Positions 19,371-28,756 of a stretch of 64,000 nt of DNA are shown here, one piece after another (position 1 is the stretch's first letter; each line of letters starts with the position of its first letter). The stretch lies in assembly GCA_002471575.1 (NCBI GenBank), contig DKQG01000046.1, positions 108,853 through 172,852 on the forward strand. The letters run 5' to 3'. The DNA is from Alphaproteobacteria bacterium UBA7314. Lineage in GTDB: Bacteria; Pseudomonadota; Alphaproteobacteria; MPNO01; UBA830. The position numbers were made by a program, and so were the translations under genes. Below the pieces are notes generated by a model. The model had not been told where the DNA came from. It did not search any database and was given only the letters and a program-made list of their open reading frames with translations.

Positions 19371-20255
19371 GTGACGGGTTTCGGAAAGCATCTGCTTACA
19401 TGCGCGTCTCTGGCCGTTGCTGTTTTACCTGTCTGGCTTGCCGTCACCTTGCTGCCCAACCAAGGCGGGCTGCGGATCAAATACACCAGCGTCCGTACGG
19501 TCGCCGAAACCATCGACCTCTTTAAGGAAAACGGATTCGATCCGCAAAAGGACATAAGCGGAAACGATCCCGAATTACCACCGGTATTTATCACTGATCT
19601 GCCCGACGACCTGAAGGCGGTGCCAGATACAGATATCAGGAAAGCAGTGTTCATCTCCATCGTGCTGCCGCACGTGCTATTTGCCAATGAAAAGATCCGC
19701 GCCGACCGGCGAAGGCTGCAGCAACTTCACCGGTCGATCGCGAAAGAACGGACCCTGCGGACCCGTGATCGAAGATGGCTTGAGCAAATGGCAAAAAATT
19801 ACCGCACCAGCCGGATGGACACAGAGGAACTGCTGCGAAGGGTGGATATCGTACCGCCGCGCCTCGCGGTCGCCCAAGCGGTTCAGGAAACCGGGTGGGG
19901 AACTTCGCGGTTTGCACAGGCCGGAAATGCGTTGTTCGGCCAGCACGCCCCCTTGGGGGCAGGGTCTATTCAGGCTTCGGGCAATGCGAAGGTCGCACTT
20001 AAATCGTTTGATACGCTACAGGACAGTGTCCGAGACTACATGCGTAACCTTAACCGTAACCGCGCGTACAGGGGTTTCAGAGCCGCGCGGGCAAGCATGC
20101 GCGCATCCCAGCGTCCGCTGGACGAAATAGAGCTCGTGGGCACTTTGGCACTGTACTCGGAAGAAGGCCGGGTCTATGTCGAGCGCCTGCGGACCGTGAT
20201 GTACCTACCTGAGGTTCAGGCCGTGAAGCACGCCGGTTTCGTGGATCCACGTTGA
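19371..20255 (+). CDS. Bax-like protein with glucosaminidase (mannosyl-glycoprotein endo-beta-N-acetylglucosaminidase) domain
   Basis: GTG start; N-terminal hydrophobic signal-like segment; RLAVAQAVQETGWGTSRFAQAGNALFGQH matches the FlgJ/Bax glucosaminidase motif. Confidence 0.7.
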   Translation: MTGFGKHLLTCASLAVAVLPVWLAVTLLPNQGGLRIKYTSVRTVAETIDLFKENGFDPQKDISGNDPELPPVFITDLPDDLKAVPDTDIRKAVFISIVLPHVLFANEKIRADRRRLQQLHRSIAKERTLRTRDRRWLEQMAKNYRTSRMDTEELLRRVDIVPPRLAVAQAVQETGWGTSRFAQAGNALFGQHAPLGAGSIQASGNAKVALKSFDTLQDSVRDYMRNLNRNRAYRGFRAARASMRASQRPLDEIELVGTLALYSEEGRVYVERLRTVMYLPEVQAVKHAGFVDPR

Positions 20256-20261
20256 TCGACA

Positions 20262-20657
20262 CTACTTCAGCATTATCGAAGACAAGTACGTCCCGATCCC
20301 GGCAACCGCGGCGGTAAGTGCCGTTCCCCAAGCAATATCCACAAGGACCATCGCCAGAGGCCAGTCACGCAAAGTTGCATAATTGGTCATGTCATATGTC
20401 GCGTAACAGAAGAACCCGAAAAGCGCGCCACTAATCGCCGCCACTTTCCAGTTTTCGGCTCCCCAGACGCAGAACCACACGATCCCCGCAACGTAGAAAA
20501 CATAAAACAGCATGGCTGCTATCGGACGGAACTCATCCGCCAGCAGATGACCAATCTGCTCCCGGTAAAACGATTTCGCCGCAGCTCCGATCCAGGCCAA
20601 GTCGATCACCAGGAAGACGACGGCGCAAATCAACCAGGTCAGCAAGAACTTGGACAT
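20262..20657 (-). CDS. Small integral membrane protein (four predicted TM segments; DUF2177-like)
   Basis: 131 aa, strongly hydrophobic (LLTWLICAVVFLVIDLAWIGAAA...). Family name from memory only. Confidence 0.5.
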   Translation of the reverse strand: MSKFLLTWLICAVVFLVIDLAWIGAAAKSFYREQIGHLLADEFRPIAAMLFYVFYVAGIVWFCVWGAENWKVAAISGALFGFFCYATYDMTNYATLRDWPLAMVLVDIAWGTALTAAVAGIGTYLSSIMLK

Positions 20658-20736
20658 AGGATTCCTCCGGTTTCGCTTTGAGTAGATATACGCAGTTACT
20701 CAACAACCGGACCACCAGCAATACAGCTGGGCGTCA

Positions 20737-21021
20737 CGACCGCCCCGTTTCCCGCATCATCTTCACAATCGTGGAAAAATCCATTTCTCCGTCGCGGTTC
20801 TCGCAAAAGGTCTCGTACAACGCTCATCCATGCTCCCCCAAAGGCGTAACAGCCCACGTCTTGGCCGCACGCTCCACCTTTTCGGTCACGATATCGTAGG
20901 CGGTGACGTCGTGTCCTGCCTTGACCAAATTGAGCGACATCGGCCCGCCGATGTTTCCGAGCCCGATAAAAGTGATTTTCGACATGAAACTCTTCCGTCC
21001 GCCGCCGCTGCTTGGCGACAT
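20737..21021 (-). pseudogene. 3-hydroxyisobutyrate dehydrogenase-like gene with large internal deletion (N-terminal ~50 aa and C-terminal ~28 aa retained, separated by a TGA)
   Basis: Track ORF 20824..21021 gives MSKITFIGLGNIGGPMSLNLVKAGHDVTAYD (NAD-binding N-terminus of HIBADH/6PGDH-like enzymes). After its TGA the same frame continues ALYETFCENRDGEMDFSTIVKMMRETGRS*, which matches the HIBADH C-terminus (..DIYAKFAADHADLDFSAVIHTL..). Confidence 0.55.
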
Positions 21022-21077
21022 GTCTCGTAGATCGCATAATGCCTTTCTTCAAACACCGGTAGCAATGGGAGGCGGGC

Positions 21078-22094
21078 ATGTTCCTGCGGAATTACTGGTA
21101 CGTCGCGGCGATGCCGCAGGAACTGGAGAACGGCGCTCTGCTAGGACGATGGATATTGGACGAACCTGTCCTTATCTACCGTACCGCTGACGGCGAAGTT
21201 ACTGCGATGCGCGATATCTGCCCGCACCGCTCGGCGCGACTGTCGGCCGGCGAACGCGACGGCGATACAGTGCGCTGCCTCTATCACGGCCTGGAATTCG
21301 GGCCCGACGGCACATGTCTTCGGGTCCCGGCCCAGGACGGCACTCCACCGAACGGGCTGCGCGTTCAATCATACCCGGTTGCGGAAAAATGGCGGCTGAT
21401 CTGGATATGGATGGGCGCCCCCGAGCTCGCGGATGAAAACCTGATTCCGGATTTTCACTGGAACGACGATCCCGACTGGTTTCCGGTTGGGGACTACATG
21501 CATCTGGACTGTCACTACCAGTTGCTCGCTGACAACCTGATCGATCTCTCGCACGAAGCCTATGTGCACCGCGGTACTATCGGAACCGATGCTGTTTCCG
21601 AAACACCTGCAACGGCGCGGCTGGATGGCGAACATGTGACGGTGGAACGGATTATGCCCGGGTGTCCGGCACCGCCTTTTTATCGAAAACTCAAAGGGTA
21701 CGACGGTACGATCGACCGGATGCACCGCATCCATTTCGATCCTCCCGCGACCATAATGATCGAAAGTAAATCGACGCCAACCTCCAGCGCCGAGCCCGAC
21801 GACGGCTTGGAATATCGGGTGTTGTGCGCGATCACGCCGGAATCCGAATTATCGACGCATTTCTTCTGGGCTGTGCCACGAAATTTCAACCCGGAGCGGC
21901 AGGTGACCGAAATGATGTATCAGGGTTCAAAGGCAGTGTTCGAGGAAGACATCGATGTGCTTAACCGGCAACAGGAAGTGTTGAACCGCGTGGCGACGGG
22001 GTCTGACTGGCAGAATATTAATTCAGACGCTGGGTCAGTCTACGCCCGCCGGGTTATTGAGAAACTGCTGACGACGGAAGCACAGGCAGAATGA
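21078..22094 (+). CDS. Rieske non-heme iron oxygenase, VanA-like (paralog of 14317..15336)
   Basis: 338 aa; CPHRSARLSAGERDGDTVRCLYHGLEF Rieske motif; same architecture as the other VanA-like protein. Confidence 0.85.
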   Translation: MFLRNYWYVAAMPQELENGALLGRWILDEPVLIYRTADGEVTAMRDICPHRSARLSAGERDGDTVRCLYHGLEFGPDGTCLRVPAQDGTPPNGLRVQSYPVAEKWRLIWIWMGAPELADENLIPDFHWNDDPDWFPVGDYMHLDCHYQLLADNLIDLSHEAYVHRGTIGTDAVSETPATARLDGEHVTVERIMPGCPAPPFYRKLKGYDGTIDRMHRIHFDPPATIMIESKSTPTSSAEPDDGLEYRVLCAITPESELSTHFFWAVPRNFNPERQVTEMMYQGSKAVFEEDIDVLNRQQEVLNRVATGSDWQNINSDAGSVYARRVIEKLLTTEAQAE

Positions 22095-22127
22095 AAAGCG
22101 AAACGCCGGCGTGACCGGTGTCTGTAC

Positions 22128-24401
22128 CTAGAGCTTATTCAATAACATCATCAAACGCCTTGGCGTCACGGGTAGCTCTGTCACCGCGCCGGGCGCTCCC
22201 AAGGCATCGTCAATTGCGGAGGCTACCGCCGCGCCAACAGCATTGATCCCGCCCTCACCCGCGCCTTTGATCCCGAGCGGATTCAGAGGGCTTGGGGCAT
22301 CTTCGGTCAGCACAATCTCCGCCTCCGGTACTTCCGTTGAACCCGGCATGATGTAATCAGCGAAGGTTGACGAGAGCGGTTGACCCGACCCATCATAGAT
22401 AAATTCCTCGAACAGGGCTCCGCCAACTCCCTGGGCCAGACCACCCTGGAGCTGACCCTCCACCAGCATCGGGTTGATCGCACAACCGATATCGTAGGCG
22501 ATCATGAATTTTTCGACGGTCGTAATCCCCGTTTCACGGTCGATAGCGACTAGCGCGGCGTGCAACCCATATGGATAGTTCATGTGCGTCGTGTCGTAGC
22601 GGCCTTCGGCAGACAGCACAGCATCGTCCGACGCCGCGACCATCTCGGCGAATGAAATCGAGGCACCTGACCCGGCATCGCGGGCCTCACCATCCCCGAA
22701 CTCGATATCGGCAGCATCGGCCTGAAGTTTTTCCGCCGCCAGATCGCGTAACCGGTCACTCAGGGCTACACTCGCCAGACGCGTCGCTTCACCGGTCATC
22801 ACTGTCGTGCGCGAAGCGTGGCTGCCATAACCTTCGTCGATGAGGTCCGTACGTCCGTGCTGAACCTCGATCGCTGCGTAATCGACTCTCAAAGTTCCGG
22901 CACATATCTGCGCCATAACGGTTAGCACGCCCTGCCCCAGATTTGCTGCGCCGGTGACGACCGTGACCTTGCCGTTGGCATCGAGATCGACCCGCACTTT
23001 GTCGGTCGGACCCAAACCTGATTTTTCCACGAAGAAACCGAGCCCGGCGCCGACGGTTTCACCTCCCGCACGCCGGCGCTCGACCGAGTTGCGCAGCTCA
23101 GCCCAGCCGAACCTATCAAGGGCATTTTCCAGAAGTCCGGCGTAATCCCCTGACTCCAGCACCACATCGACTTCAAGCGCATCCAGCGGACGCGTGTAGG
23201 GTATGGCATCGGCCGGTATCAAGTTGCGTCGCCTCACCTCTACGGTGTCGATTCCGACCCGACCAGCAACGGCATCGAGCAAACGCTCGCGGACAAAGGT
23301 TCCTTCATAGCGACCCGGCGCGCGATACGTTGCCGCCGGCGTCTTGTTCGTCAAGCGAACATGCCCGGCTACCCGGTAGGCAGGCACCTCGTATGGGCCT
23401 AGCATTAGGCCCGCCGTCATATCAGGAACGCGGACACCATGGGTGCGCAGATACGCGCCCTGATCGTGAAAGAACTCATTGTCGATGCCGAGAATACGCC
23501 CGTCGGCGTCGATGGCAGCGCGGATACGATGTGTCTGTTGTCGCGACTGGTTAGCACTCAGCAGATGCTCACGCCGATCCTCGATCCAGCGCACCGGGCG
23601 TCCGAACCGGACCGCAGCGGCGCAAATGACGAAATCTTCGGGATATAACTCACCGCGGATGCCAAATCCGCCGCCCACACTGCCTTCGAAAAGATCCACG
23701 CTCGCCGGATCCAACCCGAGGGTCCGCGCGATCTGATCGCGGTTGGGGTGCGCACGCTTGGTGGCACCGTAATATTCCAGTCCGCCGGAGTCGGGGTTGA
23801 TCCGCGCAAGACCACCCCGGCATTCCAACGGTACTCCGGAATGACGTCCGGTGCGCAACTCCAGTTCGACGATATCGTAGGCAGCATCAAAGGCCGCTTC
23901 TAAATCGCCATATCCCTTTTCAATAATCGTCGCTTCGGTATCGTTATCGCCTGCGAACTCTCCCGGCGCCACTGTTGCGTCGGTAATGGGCGGCTTTTCG
24001 TCGATATCGGCCCTGACTAGGGCGGCAGCATCCTCCGCCGTATATTCGTCTTCCGCGAAGACGATGGCGACCGGTTCACCTACGTAGCGCACCCGTCCCG
24101 TCGCCAGTACTGGCTGCCTATAGGGTTCGAGGCCTGTGTATTTTGTAGCGCGAAACTCGATCGGCGGGATGTCGGCAACGTCGCGCGCTGTCCATATGGC
24201 ATGCACACCCGGTATCTCCGCCGCGATCGTCGTATCGATCAACCGGATATCGCCGTGGGCGACACTGGACCGCACCACACGCATATGCACCGTATCAGGA
24301 AATTGCCAATCGGCGGCGAACGTGCCCTCCCCTGCAAGCAGCGGAGCATCTTCCAGCCGCAAAACCCGCTCTCCAATCGGTCCCCGCTTGATGTTTGTCA
24401 T
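22128..24401 (-). CDS. Molybdopterin-binding large subunit of xanthine dehydrogenase/CoxL family (second of two in operon)
   Basis: Track ORF extends to 24665, but MTNIKRGPIGERVLRLEDAPLLAGEGTFAADW (ATG 24401) is the canonical N-terminus. That ATG overlaps the amidase stop as ATGA. ~757 aa full-length large subunit. Confidence 0.85.
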   Translation of the reverse strand: MTNIKRGPIGERVLRLEDAPLLAGEGTFAADWQFPDTVHMRVVRSSVAHGDIRLIDTTIAAEIPGVHAIWTARDVADIPPIEFRATKYTGLEPYRQPVLATGRVRYVGEPVAIVFAEDEYTAEDAAALVRADIDEKPPITDATVAPGEFAGDNDTEATIIEKGYGDLEAAFDAAYDIVELELRTGRHSGVPLECRGGLARINPDSGGLEYYGATKRAHPNRDQIARTLGLDPASVDLFEGSVGGGFGIRGELYPEDFVICAAAVRFGRPVRWIEDRREHLLSANQSRQQTHRIRAAIDADGRILGIDNEFFHDQGAYLRTHGVRVPDMTAGLMLGPYEVPAYRVAGHVRLTNKTPAATYRAPGRYEGTFVRERLLDAVAGRVGIDTVEVRRRNLIPADAIPYTRPLDALEVDVVLESGDYAGLLENALDRFGWAELRNSVERRRAGGETVGAGLGFFVEKSGLGPTDKVRVDLDANGKVTVVTGAANLGQGVLTVMAQICAGTLRVDYAAIEVQHGRTDLIDEGYGSHASRTTVMTGEATRLASVALSDRLRDLAAEKLQADAADIEFGDGEARDAGSGASISFAEMVAASDDAVLSAEGRYDTTHMNYPYGLHAALVAIDRETGITTVEKFMIAYDIGCAINPMLVEGQLQGGLAQGVGGALFEEFIYDGSGQPLSSTFADYIMPGSTEVPEAEIVLTEDAPSPLNPLGIKGAGEGGINAVGAAVASAIDDALGAPGAVTELPVTPRRLMMLLNKL

Positions 24402-25681
24402 GCGCCGATTGCGTCCAGTGTCCAGCGCGATATCGCCATTAGCGCCCGATCCGCCCGATAGGGTGCGACAAGTTGAATGCCCACCGGCAGGCCGCTCGGG
24501 CCTGTGTGAACCGGCAGCGTAATCGTAGGCACGTGGAGCATCGTCCAAAGTGCCTGGAAGCGTGGGCTGCCGGTATCGGTGAGCCCGACAGGCGCTTCGC
24601 CGTCGACCACCGGAGTCAGCAAAACGTCGCATCCCTCGAATGTCTGGTTCATCCGCACCCGGCACGTTTCCATCAGATACATCGCGTCAAGATAGTCCTC
24701 GAACGGCGTATCTATACCGTACTGTAGGGTATTTTGAAGCTGTTCGCTGAGACGGTCTTTGTCGTTGGCCCATTCGCCCGCCATCGCAACCGCGCGCTCG
24801 CGTGCGTTGATCCGGCCCCTCACATCGGCCAGCCACTCGAACTCCTCGGGCAGTTCGAAATCGCGGATCGTCGCGCCGGCCGCGTTCATCGCATCCGCCG
24901 CTTTTTCGACTGCCTGCTGGGTTTCCGCCTGCGCATCGTCCCACATCCAGGTTTTGCAGAGACCAACGACTGGTGGCCGTGGCATGTCCGGCGCAGGTTG
25001 GTGATCCTTGGCCAAAAGAGCAGACGTAACCAGTTCGACATCGTCGACGGTGCGCGCGTGCAGCCCCAGCGTATCTAGGCTTTCGGCTGCAGGAAAAACG
25101 CCTTTCAGGCTGAAGGTATCGAAACTCGGCTTGAAGCCGACGATGCCACAATAGGATGATGGACGCAGCACCGAGCCGCCGGTCTGCGTTCCAAGCGCTA
25201 CCGGCACCATGTTATCGGCCACGGCCGCGCAGGACCCGCTGGAAGAACCGCCCGGTGTCCGCGCGGGATCATGGGGATTTGCCGTTTTGCGTGAGGTTAA
25301 CCCGGCGAATTCGCAGGTGACGGTTTTGCCAAGGATCACCGCTCCAGCAGCTCGCAGCCGCGCCACGCAGGACGCATCCGTCTGCGGGCGGTAACCATCA
25401 TAGATGGGCGACCCCATGCCGGTGGGCATATCCCTTGTATCGATAATGTCCTTTACGCCGACTGGAACCCCGGCAAGAAGCCCCTTGTCGGCGGTTGCAT
25501 CCACTGCCCGCGCCTGCGCCAATGCTAGATCCGGGTCGATAAATTCCCAGGCCATTACTGCGTCCTCTCGGGTCGCGACCCGGTCGAGACACCCTTGGGT
25601 GACGGCCTCGGCTGTGAAACTTCCAGAAGCGACGCCCGAAGAGATCTCGGTGGCCGAGAGCGAATTCAAATCCGCTGCCAT
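24398..25681 (-). CDS. Amidase signature (AS) family amidase
   Basis: GGSSSGSCAAVADNMVPVALGTQTGGSVLRPSSYCGIVGFKP (Ser-cisSer-Lys region). Probable start MAADLNSLSATEI (ATG 25681), 1 bp after the upstream CoxL-like stop. Confidence 0.85.
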   Translation of the reverse strand: MAADLNSLSATEISSGVASGSFTAEAVTQGCLDRVATREDAVMAWEFIDPDLALAQARAVDATADKGLLAGVPVGVKDIIDTRDMPTGMGSPIYDGYRPQTDASCVARLRAAGAVILGKTVTCEFAGLTSRKTANPHDPARTPGGSSSGSCAAVADNMVPVALGTQTGGSVLRPSSYCGIVGFKPSFDTFSLKGVFPAAESLDTLGLHARTVDDVELVTSALLAKDHQPAPDMPRPPVVGLCKTWMWDDAQAETQQAVEKAADAMNAAGATIRDFELPEEFEWLADVRGRINARERAVAMAGEWANDKDRLSEQLQNTLQYGIDTPFEDYLDAMYLMETCRVRMNQTFEGCDVLLTPVVDGEAPVGLTDTGSPRFQALWTMLHVPTITLPVHTGPSGLPVGIQLVAPYRADRALMAISRWTLDAIGA

Positions 25682-25682
25682 C

Positions 25683-28010
25683 TCACGCTTTCTCCGCATC
25701 GCGTATTGCCGCCCAAACTCTCACCGGACTGGCTGGCATGTCAAGGTCTCGGATTCCCAGCGGGCTTAGCGCATTCATCACAGCATTCATCATGACCGGC
25801 ATGGCCCCAACACAACCGGCCTCACCGACGCCTTTAACACCGAGCGGATTAGTCGCGGTGGGCACTGAATTCGCCTGAACTTTGATATTGCAAAAGTTAT
25901 CGGCTCGCGGCATGCCGTAATCCATGAATGAGGCCGTCAGCAACTGACCGTCTGCATCATAGACCGTATTTTCCAACAGAATCTGCCCCACACCCTGCGC
26001 CACGCCGCCATGAACCTGTCCATGCACCAGCAGCGGATTCAGTATCGTACCGAAATCGTCGACGACGACGTAGTTCAGCACTTCAACCATGCCGGTTTCC
26101 GGATCAATCTCGACCTCGCAGACGTGACAGCCGTTCGGATAGCTAGGCTCCTTACCGTGATAGGCGGCATGGGCGAGCATGCCAGGTTCCATACCTCCGG
26201 GCAGGTTTGCACCCGTAAACGCGTTTCGAACAACATCCGCCAGAGATACGTTTCGGTCGGTTCCGGCAATGGTGTAGGTACCGTCTTCGAACTCGATATC
26301 ATCGACCGCCACCTCTAGCACGACAGAGGCGATTTGACGCCCCTTTTCGACAATCTTGTCAGCGGCCATCACCAACGCCGCCGTGCCCATGGCGGACGAC
26401 CGCGAACCACCGGCACCGGTGCCGTGGGCCAGCCGATCGGTATCGCCCTCGATCACACGCACCTGATCGGCTTCCAGTCCAAGCCGGTCACACAAAAGCT
26501 GGGTGTACATCGTGGTGTGCCCTTGGCCCTGATTGGTCGTCCCGGACAGCATTGTCACTGTACCGGACGGATCGAAACGGATCTCCGCGGTTTCGACACC
26601 GGGCGGCGCGGCGCGTTCAATGGCATTGGCAACACCGAGTCCCCGAAGTTTGCCGTCCGCATCCGACTGAGCTTTTCGCGCTGCGTACCCATCGACGTCG
26701 GCCAGACGCAACGCGTCGTCCATATTTTTCTCGAATTCGCCGGAATCGTAGGTGAACGTCAGCGATGTCTTATAGGGCATCGCATCGGCGGGAATCACGT
26801 TGCGGCGGCGGAGGTCAATGGGGTCAAAGCCAAGCTCGTACGCTGCGATGTCAATCATACGTTCTATAATGAAGGCGGCTTCTGGTCGGCCTGCCCCGCG
26901 ATAAGGCGCTGTCGGGTGACTGTTGGTGAAAACGCCGACAACCTCCACGTAGGCTGCGGGAGTTGTATAGACGCCGGACAATGTACCCAGATTGTTAGTC
27001 GCAGGGCCGGCGCCGATGGGTGAGAAATAGGCGCCGATGTTTACTAGGTTGCGGAGCCGAAATCCAAGGAACTTGCCGTCCTTATCAAGAGCCAGTGCTG
27101 CATCCGCGACGTTGTCTCGCGCATGAAAATCAGAGAGAAACCCCTCGGTCCGTTCGCTGGTCCATTTTACCGGGCGTCCTGACTGCCGTGCTGCGAATAG
27201 TGCCATCAGGTATTCCGGATAGACATTCGCTTTGATTCCGAAACTGCCCCCGACATCGGGCGCAATCACCCTTATCTGAAATTCATCTACGCCGATTACG
27301 GTTGCGGAGAGAATTTTGCGCACCAACCAGGGGTGCTGCACCGGCGCTCGCAACGTGTAGTGATCTGTCCGCCCATCGTGAATAGCGAGACAGGCGCGCA
27401 TTTCCATCGCATTTCCCAGCACTCGGTTGATGTTGAACCGCTGCTCGATGACGTGGTCGGCCCGGTCGAAAGCATTTTCCGTCGCGGGCTTGTCGCCAAT
27501 CTCGTGCACCAGGGCTTCATTGTTGCCGATATCAGGCCACAAGATTGTTGCGTCGTCATCGAGGGCCGAGGCCGTGTCAGCCGATCCCGGCAGGGGGTCG
27601 TAGTCGACCACAACCAGATCAGCGGCATCTTTCGCCTGGGTCGCCGTTTCAGCGATCACGAAAGCCACGCCCTCGCCCACCATTCGCACACGGTCGACTG
27701 CCAGCGGGTAGAAATCAGGCAAAATGAAATTGGCGCCACCCCGGCGTTTCACCGGTGGCCCGATATGAGGGATCGTTCCCCAACCCGCGTCGGTGTAGTC
27801 CCGTCCGGTAAAAACAGCGACTACACCTTCAGATGCTAGCGCAGCGGACGCGTCTATCCCCGCAATATCGGCATGGGCATGCGGTGACCTGACGACAACA
27901 CCATATAGTTGACCGTGTGCATTATCGTCATCGATAAAATCACCGCGGCCAGTCAGCAGCTTCGGATCCTCGAACCTAGGTATGGATTGACTGATCCCGT
28001 ACTCGCCCAC
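25683..28010 (-). CDS. Molybdopterin-binding large subunit of xanthine dehydrogenase/CoxL family (first of two in operon)
   Basis: 775 aa, GTG start with GGAGG 9 nt upstream; MGEYGISQSIPRFEDPKLLTGRGDFIDD...VVRSPHAHADI N-terminus typical of CoxL/XdhB/IorB-type subunits. Confidence 0.85.
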   Translation of the reverse strand: MGEYGISQSIPRFEDPKLLTGRGDFIDDDNAHGQLYGVVVRSPHAHADIAGIDASAALASEGVVAVFTGRDYTDAGWGTIPHIGPPVKRRGGANFILPDFYPLAVDRVRMVGEGVAFVIAETATQAKDAADLVVVDYDPLPGSADTASALDDDATILWPDIGNNEALVHEIGDKPATENAFDRADHVIEQRFNINRVLGNAMEMRACLAIHDGRTDHYTLRAPVQHPWLVRKILSATVIGVDEFQIRVIAPDVGGSFGIKANVYPEYLMALFAARQSGRPVKWTSERTEGFLSDFHARDNVADAALALDKDGKFLGFRLRNLVNIGAYFSPIGAGPATNNLGTLSGVYTTPAAYVEVVGVFTNSHPTAPYRGAGRPEAAFIIERMIDIAAYELGFDPIDLRRRNVIPADAMPYKTSLTFTYDSGEFEKNMDDALRLADVDGYAARKAQSDADGKLRGLGVANAIERAAPPGVETAEIRFDPSGTVTMLSGTTNQGQGHTTMYTQLLCDRLGLEADQVRVIEGDTDRLAHGTGAGGSRSSAMGTAALVMAADKIVEKGRQIASVVLEVAVDDIEFEDGTYTIAGTDRNVSLADVVRNAFTGANLPGGMEPGMLAHAAYHGKEPSYPNGCHVCEVEIDPETGMVEVLNYVVVDDFGTILNPLLVHGQVHGGVAQGVGQILLENTVYDADGQLLTASFMDYGMPRADNFCNIKVQANSVPTATNPLGVKGVGEAGCVGAMPVMMNAVMNALSPLGIRDLDMPASPVRVWAAIRDAEKA

Positions 28011-28492
28011 CGTGCCTGTCCTCCAGCCAGAATTTACTGTTACAATATACGTTCTTGACCGACGGAAAGGTAAGTGGGGCGGGGTGTTTTATCCGGCTAA
28101 AACAATCCAACCCAAACGACCTGGCGCCGGTTACGATCCGATCGGACTACTGCCATAAGAGCGGTCTTCCATCGCCGGTTACTCTATATCCAGCGTCTGA
28201 AAGCTCCATTAAAAGGCATTTTACAGCTCAGAAAGAGCGGTTTTCATCGGTCGGCCTAGTTTACAGTTTCGTGTCGCAAAACTGTTAAAAAATTCTTAAC
28301 CCTCTGATAAGTAGGCCTAATAAAGTTTTCCGTAGTTATTGCGTCGACCTGCACGCAAATTCCAATTTCATCAATGGTGGTTGCGTTGGATGTTGAAGAG
28401 CATCGGCGAACTCGATGAGCACCACCGGCCCTTTGAATTATATGAGCAGTATCATTGGCGTGAGAAAAAAGGAGATTGTCGTATTCGTGGTG

Positions 28493-28708
28493 ATGTCACG
28501 AGTATTTTTGATAGCGGCGGCAACTGCCTTCCCAAACCTGCGAATCACGATCACCCACGACAGCCAGTTCGACAAGTCGAGCTTCAATTTCGACAAGTCT
28601 CGCTTTAATTCGGTTCTCAAAGTTCCGAAACCCAAGATAACACCGAAATTGGTTCTCGGTACTGCGCTGGTCAGCGCCAATCTGGTGGCGCGTCGGAAGT
28701 GGCGCTAA
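28493..28708 (+). CDS. Candidate small protein (71 aa; alternative upstream starts to 28415) in AT-rich island, with N-terminal hydrophobic segment and internal FDKS(S/R)FN tandem repeat
   Basis: AAGGAG at 28469; MSRVFLIAAATAFPNLRITITHDSQFDKSSFNFDKSRFNSVLKVPKPKITPKLVLGTALVSANLVARRKWR; DNA tandem repeat ttcgacaagtcgagcttcaat/ttcgacaagtctcgctttaat. Followed by a terminator. Region GC is far below the window average. Confidence 0.25.
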   Translation: MSRVFLIAAATAFPNLRITITHDSQFDKSSFNFDKSRFNSVLKVPKPKITPKLVLGTALVSANLVARRKWR

Positions 28709-28731
28709 ACCGCGCAGACATCTGTCAAAGA

Positions 28732-28756
28732 GTGGGTCGATGACCCGCTTTTTTTA
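28732..28756 (+). terminator. Rho-independent terminator (GTGGGTC-GAT-GACCCGC + T7); also lies immediately 3' of the npdG stop on the other strand (possibly bidirectional)
   Basis: Read directly: agtgggtcgatgacccgcttttttta. Confidence 0.55.

Noticed and set aside
26334-27023. 229-aa plus-strand ORF
   Set aside because: Antisense to the CoxL-like large subunit, with a Gly/Arg-rich artefact composition.
28040-28400. tRNA-like or other structured RNA gene in the AT-rich island
   Set aside because: No cloverleaf-consistent segments were found, neither the GGTTCGANTCC T-loop nor the acceptor-stem complementarity. I could not support any RNA gene call.
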